In this document: positions 25,670 to 40,896 of the stretch, piece by piece
How the letters are laid out: each line of letters starts with the position of its first letter
Numbering within the stretch: the stretch's first letter is position 1
From: Octopus vulgaris
Taxonomy: Eukaryota
Direction: 5' to 3'
Assembly (NCBI GenBank): GCA_951406725.2
Contig: OX597836.1
Span: forward strand, 17,732,001-17,796,000
Length of the DNA: 64,000 nt
Translations under genes and position numbers: made by a program
Notes under the pieces: model-generated
Seen by the model: the letters and a program-made list of their open reading frames with translations, nothing else
The model's database searches: none
Told to the model about the DNA's origin: nothing

Positions 25670-27762
25670 ATAAATATTAGGGAATAAATCCAAATTTACA
25701 GGGAATTTTACATAAGTTATATTTCTGTGGTAACGTAATTTTGGTTTGATTTTTTTAACGGCTAAGAATTTAATTTCACTTCATAATTTGAAACTGACTT
25801 GTAAGTATGTATTTTATTTCTCCTTATGTCATATTGTTATTTTTGATATTCTGGTTAATTACGATGTATTTAATGTTGTTTTTTATTGGAGTGTTTATGT
25901 ATATGAGATTGTGTGTGACTTTTTAGTTGTATAATTTATTTATCTGTATGAGTGTGGGTGTGTAAATATTGTTGTATATATCGAGTTTAGTGAGTATGTA
26001 TATGCGTATATTGAGGGAGTATATGTATCTGTTGTGTGTGTGTGTTTTGCGTGTGTGTGTGTTTGTGTGTGAATGTGTATATGGGTTTGTTATTTAGGTT
26101 TTGGGATGTATGTGTTAATTTGTCTGTGTGGGGAGGGAGTGGGTTTTTGGTGTATATTGAGGTTTATAAGTTAGTATAGGTATGTGTATAAGTTGTGGGT
26201 CTGTGGTTTACGTGTGTGTGTTTTTGTGTGTGAATGTTTAGGTTAGGGGGATTGCTATATAGGTTTGTTATAGAGTTTAGCAAAGGGAGATTTTATCGTT
26301 ATATGTTTTTAAGAGTTTTGGTTTATCATGGTTTTTTTAGGGAATTCGTGGTAATTTGTCTATTTTCGATGTTGGTTGTTTTATTACATTGTTTCATTCA
26401 TAATTTTTGAGTGGTGTTCGTTTTGCCACGTGAATATTATTTTTAATTCCATTTATTCCATTTCTCCATTCATTATTTTAAAGATGTTCGTTTCCAGAGC
26501 GGTTATATATTTTATACATATGTTAAGTTCCTTGGTAAAGTAATTTTGTTTGGTGTATATGTTGAGGCTTATATGTACTTGTGGGTGTGTGTGAGTGGGG
26601 TGGGTGTTTGTATTTGTTATGGGTGTGTGGTTTACGTGTGTGTATTTGTGTGTGAATGTATAGGTTAAAGGGATTGCTATATAAGTATGTTATAGTGTTT
26701 AGTAAAGGGAGGTTTTATCATTTATGTTTTGTGAGTTTTAGCTTATCATGGTAGTTTTATAAAAGAATCCATTCATAATTTTTGTGTTTATTTGTCTGTG
26801 TGGGGTTGAGTGGGTTTTTGGAGTATATGTTGAGGCTTATATGTATGTATAGGTATGTGTAAGTGGTGTGGGTATTTGTATATGTCGTGGGTGTATGGTT
26901 TATGTGTGTGTATTTGTGTGTGAATGTTTAGGTTAGGGGGATTGCTATATAGGTATGTTATAGAGTTTAGTAAAGGGAGATTTTATCATTATATGTTTTT
27001 ATGAGTTTTGGTTTATCATGGTAGGTTTGTTAAGGAATTCGTAGTAATTTTGTGTCTATTTGCGATGTCTGTTGTTTTATTGCATTGTTTCATTCATAAT
27101 TTTTAAGTAGTGTTCGTTTTACCAAGTGAATATAATTTTTAATTCCATTTATTCCATTTCTCCGTTCATAATTTTAAGTGATGTCCGTTTTCTAGAGCGT
27201 GAATGTGGGTTGTATGTGTGTGTGTGTGGGAGTATGAATAAGTTTTGTGTTGAAGTATTTAGCTATTTTATTTATTTATAGTTGCCTAGACGTTTTTATG
27301 TGTATGTATAGGGATATATATATAGGTGTGTGATTTAGTGTATGTAGTTAGATATGGTTATATATAATTAGGTATATGTGTATGGGTGTATATATAGTTT
27401 ATTATTATATTATTATTATTTTCTTTTGTTTTATATTTTATATTTTATATTTTATATTTTATATTTAATTGTTGATAGGTTTATTTTAGTTTATATATTG
27501 TTTATATATTGATTATATATGGATTATATATAGGTTATATATGGATTATATATTTATATTTTTTCATTCATACTTTAATTATTTTAAAATTATTATTTTT
27601 ATATTTTAAAATATTGATATTTTAGATTGGAAGTCCACCTGAAGATTGTCGATCAAGACAAGAAACAATTGTAGTGGCGGTTTTTTTGACTATTTATTAA
27701 AATTTTATGTATTGATTAAGTCTTTCCTTGTTTGTTTTGCAAAATAGTGGTTTTGTCTCTAA

Positions 27763-27770
<8 letters not shown>
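25668..27770 (+). mobile_element. ~2.1-kb G/T-skewed, (TA)n-bounded element with internal duplications and a 3' hammerhead (putative Penelope-related non-autonomous element)
   Basis: Strong C depletion on the plus strand; ~400-bp duplicated units (26121-26502 vs 26793-27199, partial 26551-26790); hammerhead ~95 nt before the 3' (TA)n. Confidence 0.6.
27635..27677 (+). ncRNA. Type I hammerhead ribozyme, canonical core
   Basis: Stem I CCAC/GTGG; CTGAAGA; stem II TTGTC-GATCAA-GACAA; GAAAC-AATT-GTA. Predicted cleavage between 27673 and 27674. Confidence 0.85.
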
Positions 27771-27817
<47 letters not shown>

Positions 27818-27821
<4 letters not shown>

Positions 27822-28190
27822 TAAGGATAACTTCTTAATAAGGAATCTTAACAAGAAATTATCAGGTAGATAGCGTGAAAAACCTCATAAGAGAAAAATT
27901 TCGAAAATAATTCTTTCTTATTGAACATATTAATTTATATATAGAGGGCATTATTACACATACATGCCACACGCTAAGAGGGACATTAATCATTTCTACC
28001 AAGAAATTTTTACTAATCATACCCAATGCAATTTTTCAAAGCAACACATTTAAAAAATGAATTTTTAAATGTCTTGCTTTGAAAAATTGCATTGGGTATG
28101 ATTAGTAAAAATTTTTGGTAGAAATGACTAATGTCCCTCTTAGCGTGTGGCATGTAATGTAATAATGCCCTCTATATATAAATTTATATA
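27818..28190. mobile_element. (TA)n-embedded element with ~250-bp fold-back palindrome
   Basis: Arms 27932-28056 and 28062-28184 are near-perfect reverse complements. Confidence 0.65.
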
Positions 28191-28437
28191 CATATATATA
28201 TATATATATAATACATTAAAAATGAAGTTCACCATTTCTTGTTTGCGTGCACATCCAAACTGGCGCATAATGGGAAGATACTTTGAAAGTAAAGTGCCCT
28301 TGAAATGTGAATACAAACGGAATAAAACAAGCTTCGCGTAAATCGGACCACTGGTTATTGAAATATAATACACAAAAGCGGTGCATAATGGGGAAATACT
28401 CCGAAAATTACTGAACCCTAAAAGAGAAGAAACTCAA

Positions 28438-29150
28438 AGTGAGAGCAATATTCCTTGATCTGGAGGTTAGGCTGGTCGTCTTGGATTTCGATGGCAGTAA
28501 TGGGTGTGCTTTTCAACTGATAACACTTTATGCACCGTCCTTAAGAGGTCGGCCGGATTTCTTTCAACGTCTAGAGGTTTTCTTGGGAACTGTCGAGTTT
28601 TACTTTTTGTGGGGGATTGGAATGCTACCTTGGACACACATCTAGACTTCGTAGGTAGAGATAGGAATAGGAGGAGACGTAAATGCCTCAAAGACCTGCT
28701 CATACGTTTCCAAATGTCTGACAGGTATCGACTGGACCACCAAAATGTGCCAATCTGGATATGGAACAATTGCATCGGAGAGTCCAGATCGTATTTAGAT
28801 AGAGTATTCTGTAGGACAGTGGATAGGGGTAGTGTAGGTTGTCCTCAATTTCATATAGTCAGCTACACAAATCATAAGTTTGTGACTTGTACGCTTGACT
28901 TAGATAAGAATCATAGGCAAGGCGCCGTTTACTAGAAACTAAACGCGTCGTTCACGCACGGCATGCTTACAGAGACCAGATTAGCACATTAGTTAAGAGG
29001 GCGTTGACAGGAGTCATCGTCAACAATAGTTGGTGTTATGCCCTAAAAAAAGCAATTAAAGAATCAGTTAGGTATAGTAAGGATCTAGCGATAGATCGAA
29101 ATGGAATAGAAGGAGACCTAGTTAAGAAATTAGAAGAGGCACATAGGGTA
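28438..29150 (+). mobile_element. Tx1/L1-clade LINE ORF2 fragment (APE endonuclease), frameshifted
   Basis: RLVVLD..LYAP..FF..L / VGDWNA..DRYR..SYLDR..TNHK..KLN motifs. Confidence 0.88.
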
Positions 29151-29169
29151 AAAAAAAAAAAAATTAAAT

Positions 29170-29600
29170 ATACTCGCTATATATCTAAAAACTTATTATA
29201 TAAGTAAAGTAATATATGTCTATATTTAATTTTACGCTCATCTAATGAATTAATCAATTTATTATGATTATTAAATATTATATCTTTAAATTCACTAGTA
29301 CATAATAAACAAGAATTACTACCTATACAATAAGATTTTGCCTTACAAACTATCTCCCAATTTAAATTATACTTAATAAGTTTAGATTTAAGTTCCCATA
29401 TATATTTACTAAGGCCAGTAGAATTAATTAAATTTCTATTCTTAAAGGAATTCATGTGCTGAGCCACTCTAAATTTAATTTTATTAGCAGACGTCCCTAT
29501 ACAGATTGCGTTTAAGTTATAATCATTCGTATTATAATCATCAATTAAAGTCACTATACATTTATAAACTACATCATGCAAATTACGTTTATTATAAATT
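29170..29600 (-). mobile_element. Penelope-like element GIY-YIG endonuclease fragment
   Basis: VVYKC..CIGTS..KFRVAQHMNSF..STGLSKYIWELK..WEI..CLLC..E..IN..E..YRH matches the PLE GIY-YIG signature. Confidence 0.9.
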
Positions 29601-30068
29601 CTATGAAGGTGAACGTAGTAAAGTACTAGAAAGTAAGAAATATAATATGTTGTGGGACTTTAACAGTCAGACTGACAGAGTAATAGAAGCTAGAAGGCTT
29701 GATTTAGTAGTACTAGATACAGAGAATAGAAAGAGCCAGATAGTTGACTTTACAGATTCAAATGAAGAAAAAAATCAAAATGAGATGTACAGAGAAGATA
29801 GCAAAGTACTAGGACCTAGCAATTGAATTACAGAGACTATGGAAAGTGCGGGTAAAATGTAGTTATAGGTGCATTAGGAACTATCCCTAAAGATTTGAAC
29901 AGATATATACAGGAAATAGGCATAAAGCCCAGTTTAGCACAGCTCAAGAAACAGTGTTATTAGGGACAGCTCGGATACTTAGGATGGCTTTTGACATCTA
30001 AGGTTATTTGTAACCCGGATGTTAGAATCTTTTGTCTTTTCCAACAGTCTATCTTTTGTGTGTATATG
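29600..30068 (+). mobile_element. R4/Dong-type LINE 3' end (restriction-like endonuclease)
   Basis: LWDFNSQTDRVIEARRLDLVV..VD..KY*DLAIELQRLW..VIGALG..GTARILR; followed by (AAT)n. Confidence 0.85.
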
Positions 30069-30084
30069 AATAATAATAATAATG

Positions 30085-30149
<65 letters not shown>

Positions 30150-30232
30150 CCAGGCTGCTGGAAAACATGAAATATTTGTTCATTCATTCATGGAAACGAA
30201 CCGTTTGGCGGAAATATAGATTTCGCATCAGT

Positions 30233-30378
30233 CTTCTTCTTCTTCTTCTTCTTCTTCTTCTTCTTCTTCTTCTTCTTCTTCTTCTTCTTCTTCTTCTTCT
30301 TCTTCTTCTTCTTCTTCTTCTTCTTCTTCTTCTTCTTCTTCTTCTTCTTCCTCCTCCTCCTCCTCCTCTTCTTCTTCT

Positions 30379-30413
<35 letters not shown>

Positions 30414-30450
30414 TTTCCCGTCACCGTCATCGTTGTCCTCCTCCTCTTCG

Positions 30451-30482
<32 letters not shown>

Positions 30483-30495
30483 GTCATCATCATCA
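30233..30495. repeat. (TTC)n/(TCC)n/(ATC)n tract
   Basis: Read directly. Confidence 0.95.
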
Positions 30496-31114
30496 ACCGT
30501 ATGGTTATTTATTTCAGTATAAACGGAAATAGTCTTGTTAGGAAGAAGCAGTCATGCACACACAGCATGATATTTCATGAGTCAGTTATATTGTACAGTT
30601 GTCAAGTCGGGCAAATGATACATCGAGGAAAAAAAGAGTATTAATGATAATAAGACAAACAACAACAACAGCAACAAGAACAGCAACAATCCTCAGTTTT
30701 ATAAGCACAAAATTTCGTCGGGAGGGAACTACTCCATTACACCAATTCCAACTTGTACTTTATTTATCAAGTCCGAAGAAAATTAAGGCGAAGCTCCCCA
30801 ACGTTTATAATAATTCCTGTCCGTATACGTCACAACTTCCTTACACTTACGCATCCGCCCGCACGCGCAAAAAAAGAATTGTTCTCTTTATCACTGTCCG
30901 CCATTTTCCTTCTCGTATTTTTTGAATTTCCGAAAATATTGAAATATAAAATAAAAATGCGAACTGCTGTCAATGTTTTACTTTACTGTTGTCCCCATTC
31001 TGTATCTGTAAATTGTGATTTACAGGTTTTCTGAAGCTATGTAACGTCTCTATCTTAATATATTCCATTTAAACAGTACCACATTTCCACCGTCCTCCTC
31101 TTCCTTCTCCTCTT

Positions 31115-31557
31115 TCTTCTTCTTCTTCTTCTTCTTCTTCTTCTTCTTCTTCTTCTTCTTCTTCTTCTTCTTCTTCTTCTTCTTCTTCTTCTTCTTCTTC
31201 TTCTTCTTCTTCTTCTTCTTCTTCTTCGTCGTCGTCGTCGTCGTCGTCTTCTTCTTCGTCGTCGTCGTCGTCGTCGTCTTCTTCTTCTTGTTCTTCTTCT
31301 TCTTCTTATTCTTCTTCGTCGTCGTCGTCGTCGTCTTCTTCTTCTTCTTGTTCTTCTTCTTCGTCGTCTTCTTCTTCTTCTTCTTCTTCTTCTTCGTCGT
31401 CGTCGTCGTCGTCGTCGTCTTCTTGTTCTTGTTCTTGTTCTTGTTCTTGTTCTTCTTATTCTTCGTCGTCGTCGTCGTTGTCGTCTTCTTCTTCTTCTTC
31501 TTCTTCTTCTTCTTCTTCTTCTTCTTCTTCATCATTTTCTTCTTACTTTTCTTCTTC
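31115..31557. repeat. Compound (TTC)n/(GTC)n/(TTCTTG)n tract
   Basis: Read directly; gives the poly-K/T pseudo-ORF. Confidence 0.95.
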
Positions 31558-31933
31558 TGGCACAAATAATTTCAATTTTATCCGTATCATATATTTCTTT
31601 CTGTGTCCTCATCTGAGCATCCATTTCTCACGTGATAGTCTCTACCGTATTTTCATCCAAAGTATTAATGTCAGCACATCAAATATTTTGTTTGTTTGTT
31701 TGTTTGTTTGTTTACAATGGACGCCATTCAACAAACATTAACTGTAACATTTTCATATTAGCATCATGGAGCTTTTGCGAAGCATTGATGAATTTCGTAA
31801 TCACATGCAACACCACTTATGGGAGCTCACTTGCATCGTGTCTGTCAAGTAAATGCACACACACACAGACACACTCACACACACACACATACATACATAC
31901 ATACATACATACATACATACATACATACATACA

Positions 31934-31967
<34 letters not shown>

Positions 31968-32260
31968 CGCATTCTTATACATATAGATACATATATATAT
32001 ATTTACACACACACACATATATATATATATATATGTATATATGTATACCTATACATATTCTTTTACTCTTTTCTTTTATTTTTGTCATTTGACTGCGGCC
32101 ATGCTGAGGCACCGCTTTGAAGGGTTCTATTCGAACAGCTCGATTCCAGGCTTTATTCTGTCCCCCACTTTTGCCGAACCGCTACGTTATCACACCAACG
32201 TTATCACAATGTAATCACACCAACACTGGTTGTCAAGCCGTGGTAGGGGACAAACAAACG

Positions 32261-32316
<56 letters not shown>

Positions 32317-32562
32317 ACATACACACACACACACACACACTGTTATGACCTGCTGGCCATAACCCGAATTTACGCAACCAACAAGGATGGGTTGAACCCA
32401 AAACAACAACATACCATGAAGATTTTTGTAAAATATTATTAACAATTAGGCGTCAGCATAAAAACAGTCATAAAAGCAAATATACACGAACAAAAATATA
32501 TTAATGCTACACTAGGCGTGCAGTCAAAATACTTATAAAGGTAATATATATAAATATACAGT

Positions 32563-32800
32563 TCAGAAATTTGGACTCAGAAACCCGGTTTCACCAACTT
32601 GATTTCACAAACTTGGATTCGTAACTCTGGATTCACAAATTTTGATTTCACCAAAATATGGCATCACACAAAATCTTGCCTCAGAAATTTGGTTTTCAAA
32701 AAATATGGATTCCGAAAATTGGGATTTCATAAAATCTGGCTTCACAAATTCAGTTTTCGAACCTTGGATTTCGAACCTTGGATTTCGAACCTTAGACCTA
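32563..32800. repeat. Degenerate ~14-16-bp minisatellite (~16 units, consensus ~AAAYYTGGATTTCRS)
   Basis: Periodic AAA..TGG(A)TTC units; the last ones are near-identical TTTCGAACCTTGGA. Confidence 0.75.
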
Positions 32801-33390
32801 AACATAAATAAATCTAATGCCAAAGCAACCATTTAATCTAAAAGTTCATGACACAAAATGGCTGACAGACTACATCAATAAGTATAGTTATAGAAATTTA
32901 ATAGTCGAACAAAAAATCTAGTTTGATTTAAATTAGACAAAATTTACAGTTAGTCGTCTAATACAAACATTTAGCAACCCGTTAGATATTTACACACATT
33001 TTAACATTTATCTTAACACAAAATAGCTAGCAAAATTACAACACAACCTGTCACAAGTGCAAGGTTCAAATTTCACATAAGTATTGCAGCATAACATAAT
33101 TTAAGGGATTTTTTGTACTCACCCAGACGTGACACAGAAATTATTTTAAAACTGACAAGTAAAAAGTTCTGGCGAATTCCTGGAGCATAAAATAATTCCA
33201 TAAATGCCTAACACAAAGCACAAAGTGTATAAACTAAACGGGCAATCACAGTTTCCAGAATCTAATTTAACCTTGTCTCACAGAAAAAAAAAAAAAAAAC
33301 TGTCACAAAAACTGGGCGTACAATTATCTCTGCTTATAAAAGTTAGCTAAGGTCTAGCCAATTTGTTAGAGTTTCACAGTTTGGTTATTG

Positions 33391-33598
33391 ACGGCGAGCT
33401 GGCAGAAACGTTAGCACGCCGGGCGAAATGCTTTGCAGTATTTCGTCTGCCGTTACGTTCTGAGTTCAAATTCAGCCGAGGTCAACTTTGCCTTTCATCC
33501 TTTCGGGGTCGATTAAATAAGTACCAGTTACGCACTGGGGTCGATATATCCTTGTTTGTCCTCTCTGCGTTTAGCCCCTTGTGGGTAGTAAAGAAATA
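33391..33598 (+). mobile_element. SINE family B with TSD
   Basis: GGCGAGCTGGCAGAAACGTTAGC head, Nin-like block, AAAGAAATA tail; TSD GGTTATTGACGGC at 33383 and 33599. Confidence 0.9.
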
Positions 33599-33614
33599 GG
33601 TTATTGACGGCCAG

Positions 33615-34250
33615 TTTTGGTGTGTTTACGTCCCCGTAACTTAGCGGTTGGGTAAAAAAAACCGATAAAATAACTACTAGGTTTAAAAAATATGTCCTAG
33701 GGTCGATTTGTCCGACTAAAACGCTTCAAGTCGGTGCCCCAGCATGGTCGTGGTCAAATGAGTGAAACAATTGCAAATAAAAGATAATATATAAACATAC
33801 ATATATTTATACACACATACATATACATATGTATATACACACACACACATAGATATTCTTTCATTTGTTTCACTCATTTGACTGCGTCCATGCTGGAGTA
33901 CCACCTGTAGTTGAACAAATCGACACGCGGACTTATTCTTTGTTAGCCTAGTACTTATTCTATAGATTTCTTTTGTCGAAACACTAAGCTATGGGGACAT
34001 AAACACATCAACATCGGTTGTCAAACGATGGTGTGTGGGGGTGAAACACAGGCACAAATACATACATATACACGCAAACACGCGCGCATTTATATAGGAC
34101 GTGCTTCTTTCAGTTTCCGTCGACCAATCCAATCACAAATCTTTGGTTACCCTGAGGCTATAGTAGAAGACTCTTGCCCAAGGTGCCACGCACTGGGACT
34201 GAACCCGGAACCATGTAATTGGGAAGCAAGCTTATTACTACACAGGCACT
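33615..34250. mobile_element. Family A SINE 3' half (+, 33615-33790) and inverted family A copy (-, 33858-34250)
   Basis: Tail and CORE blocks in opposite orientations. Confidence 0.8.
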
Positions 34251-35009
34251 TCTGCATGATGTTAATACTTATAAGCTTCGTTGCCTGCTTTCTTTGTCGA
34301 GGGACAAAAGGCACACTCACACACACAGGCGCACACATACACGCATACACACAGGCGCGCACATACACCCACACACACAGGCGCGCACATACACACACGC
34401 GCACACACTCGTGTTTCTTGATTTATGCGTATACGAATTTATTGCATTCAGCCAGTGTATATACCGTACGATTACAGGGAAATTCAATTATGTTCTACAT
34501 ACCGGTAAATTAACACTTGATCTCTACACACAAAGATATTTATTAAGTTGAATGCGTGTACGTGTGTGTGTGTGTGGTGTGTGACGTGTGTGTGTCTGTA
34601 TAGAAACATATGTATGCATATGTGTGTCAATATGTGCGTGTGTGTGTGTGCATATGAGTGTAACGTAACTGTACACTCATTCGACTTCATTTGCAAATGT
34701 GTAAGTTTTTGTGCTTGTGTGTGCACGTATTTTTGTGCATGTGTGTGAAGATATGCGGTTGTGTGTATTTATTATGCAGCGAGTTTGTGTCTATATCACA
34801 CTACATACATACATACATACATACAGACATACATACGCACACACATATGTGTATATATATTTGACAACATACATACATGCACACACACACAAACACACAT
34901 TTATATATATATATATATACATATATATAGACTCACACACATATATTTCAGTATCTATCTATCAATCTATCTATACATACTTATCAATATTTTATTTTAA
35001 ATATATATT

Positions 35010-35055
<46 letters not shown>

Positions 35056-35106
35056 TATACATATATGTATATATACATATATGTATATATATGTATATAT
35101 ATGTAT

Positions 35107-35140
<34 letters not shown>

Positions 35141-35466
35141 GTACATATATATAATTATATCAGCGCACGTTCAAACACATACATACGTTCACTCATTTGT
35201 AGGCGTGCATGTGTGTGTATGTGCTGTGTGCATGTTTCTGTATGTGGAGATGACGTATTGGCCTAATATCAGATTGTTGGAATCCGAAATTACCAAAAAT
35301 TGGGTTACAGATTAGACGTGTTGGAACTTTTCCAGTCAAAGACCAGGAAACACTTACAAAAGCCACCTGTCAGTTAAAGGACAATTTCCAGCGGGGATTT
35401 CGCCATTTTTATTGATACAGTGGCAACCATGATTAAAATTCATCTAAGTATATATATATATATATG

Positions 35467-35544
<78 letters not shown>

Positions 35545-35552
35545 CATATATA

Positions 35553-35583
<31 letters not shown>

Positions 35584-36329
35584 TATATATATATATATAT
35601 GTATGTATATATCTATGTATATATATATATATATATATAACATGTGTGTGTTCGTATGTGTACATGTGCGTGTATATGTCTATATCTCATCATTCACTGA
35701 AACTCGTGTACACTTAATCACACATTCATATACGTGCCTATTCATAAAGGTGTGTCACACGTCCAGAGATGAATTTTCGCACACAAACACACACACACAC
35801 ACACACACACACAAAGACAAACACACACGTTCTCTCTCCCTCTCTCTCTCTCTCTTTTTTTCTCTCTTTCCACACGACGCATGCTTAATATTTCCTCAAT
35901 CACTTACACACACGTAAATGGCAACGACCTGAGTGTTGCTAAAAACGCTGGGATGAAGCACTGTTCTATTAAGTAACATACTGTCGACTATCATCCCGCT
36001 TAATCACTCCCTCTCTCTGTATCTCTCTCTCTCTGTCTCTCTCTCAATCACTCTTTCCTCCAACCTCCCTCAATATCATTTCCCACTTCGCCTTCCACCA
36101 CTCCCCTTACTAATAGTTCGGACAACCGACATTATATTCAAAGATGAACACATACGTAGAATCTGTTTTACAAATTGGATCCTTTTCCAATATTGCTGCC
36201 GCAAATGGATGAAAAATTGCTCTTTGATGTATAGGAATGGCTTTTCTGTTCAGGCATAATTGTTTTGTTCCCCTTTTAAAGGTTTCACACTTCCTCTTTA
36301 TTCCCTTTTTTTTATATGTTTTGTATATT

Positions 36330-37455
<1,126 letters not shown>

Positions 37456-37599
37456 TTGAGTGAGAGAGCAGTGCATGCCATCAAAGTGAAACTGGGGTAA
37501 AATATACGAACCCCAGTATGCCCATCATGACTTCTGATAATGTTAGACCAGGCACATGCATCACAGCCACATGTTCTCTCAGATCTATTACTGATTCTA

Positions 37600-39130
<1,531 letters not shown>

Positions 39131-39216
39131 GAATATATGTAGAAGAGAAAATTAAAAGTGACATTTTGTGAATGCGATCATGGTGAGAAAATATTTATTC
39201 AGAAAAAGTTTCTAAT

Positions 39217-39294
<78 letters not shown>

Positions 39295-39317
39295 CATATA
39301 CATACATATCGCCAGAT

Positions 39318-39530
39318 CGCCATGTTGATTCGCTAGCTTCTGCACGCATTTTTTTTCTCTCCTTGTTTCTCTCCGTGTTTCTTTTCTGTGTATCTTTCTG
39401 TTGAAGATCGTAGGCTCGAAACGTAAAAGACTTGTTTTATTTATATTCCTGAGCGCCATACTAATACAATTGTTTGTTTGTATTCCACCTGCCTTCGTCT
39501 TTTGTTTATTTTCATAAAACTTCCCGTTAT
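39318..39530 (+). mobile_element. Hammerhead-like microsatellite-inserted element, copy 4
   Basis: tcttt-CTGTTGA-A-GATC-GTAG-GCTC-GAAACGTA-aaaga at 39393-39430. Confidence 0.78.
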
Positions 39531-39788
39531 ATACATCCATACATACATACACACATACATGTATACTCATATATAGACATATGTGTGCGTGTGTGTATTT
39601 ATATATGTATATAGCTTTATCTATCTATCTGAGATAGATAGATATACATAGGCGTGTGTTTATCTATCATAAACACACACACACACACTCACACACACAC
39701 ACACGTACAGACATATATATGTGGGGGCGGGGCGTGTTCATAAAAATATATACGTATATTCAATGATTACAAATGAATATATATCTAG

Positions 39789-39898
39789 GTTTACTTATCC
39801 CAAACAAGGAAAAATCAGAATTTTTAAAGTCATAACAAGTTTTGGAATTAATATCTATTCTGATTCACCCTTTGCTGATAAAATGGACAAATGGAATG
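39789..39898 (+). CDS. Candidate 110-nt exon (FTYPKQGKIRIFKVITSFGINIYSDSPFADKMDKWN)
   Basis: tctag| acceptor, ATG|GTAAAT donor, open frame in unique sequence; no recognised homology. Confidence 0.2.
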
Positions 39899-40494
39899 GT
39901 AAATAAATTGTAGGTCTATAGCTTTTTGGTTCATTTTTATCTCCATTTTTTTGGTTCATTTTTTCCCCATTTTTTTGGTGGGGAGGAGTAGAAATGTAAC
40001 ACCATTAACTAGCCAAGATGGCCTCATAGGCTGCTGCAAAACATTGTTGTAAAATCTAGTTCGTGACTTTCTGAAAATAAACCTTGAATCAGATGTTAGG
40101 AACTTTGTCCTTTCCTGGAGAATTCCATTTGCTTGATTTTCTGAGAGCAGCTCTGACTTCTACCTTGATATTCTCCCACTTTTGTTCTTCTAAGCACGCT
40201 GAATCAGTAGATAGTCTTTCGATCCAAAGAGCCTTTATCTATTGTGTGATATTTCTTCTCAAATTTTACTCCAGAAATCCTATTCCTGCGCTGTTTCTTT
40301 TGATGGGACAGATTTTACAGTAATTGATATTTTACCCTTCTTCCTGTAAACATTTTTAGCATTATTTTTAAACATGCTGTTCTCCTTGAAGAACGCAGTG
40401 CGCTTTTCGTACCGTGCTATACGGACAGCTTTAGCAGATACCTTTTGCTTCATAATTTCTATAGTGGTATCTATGTCAAGTATGGATTTCATAT

Positions 40495-40884
40495 CTCTTT
40501 CTCTCTTTTACTGGTTTCAGTCATTTGACTGCGGCCATGCTGGAGCACCGCCTTTAATCGAGCAACTCGACCCCGGGACTTATTCTTTGTAAGCACAGTA
40601 CTTATTCTATCGGTCTCTTTTGCCGAACCGCTAAGTGACGGGGACATTGTCAAGCAATTCTAGGGGGACAAACACAGACACACAAACACACACGCTCACA
40701 CACATATATATATACATATATACGACGGGCTTCTTTCAGTTTCCGTCTACCAAATCCACTGACAAGGCTTTGGTCCGCCCGAGGCTATAGTAGAAGACAC
40801 TTGCCCAAGGTGCCACGCAGTGGGACTGAACCCGGTACCATGTGGTTGGTAAACAAGCTACTTACCACACAGCCACTCCTGCGC
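40495..40884 (-). mobile_element. SINE family A, full length
   Basis: Near-consensus reverse copy. Confidence 0.92.
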
Positions 40885-40896
40885 TTATAATTTATA

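Noticed and set aside
32563-32800. CRISPR-like array
   Set aside because: Units are contiguous without unique spacers; eukaryotic context with no cas genes.
35915-35947. Additional X-box sites (ATGGCAAC, GTTGCTAAAAAC)
   Set aside because: Half-sites or poor matches expected by chance.
39789-39898. Dystrophin/dystrobrevin EF-hand similarity (GKIRIF...DK)
   Set aside because: Only a 4-6 residue resemblance with different spacing; insufficient to name a gene.
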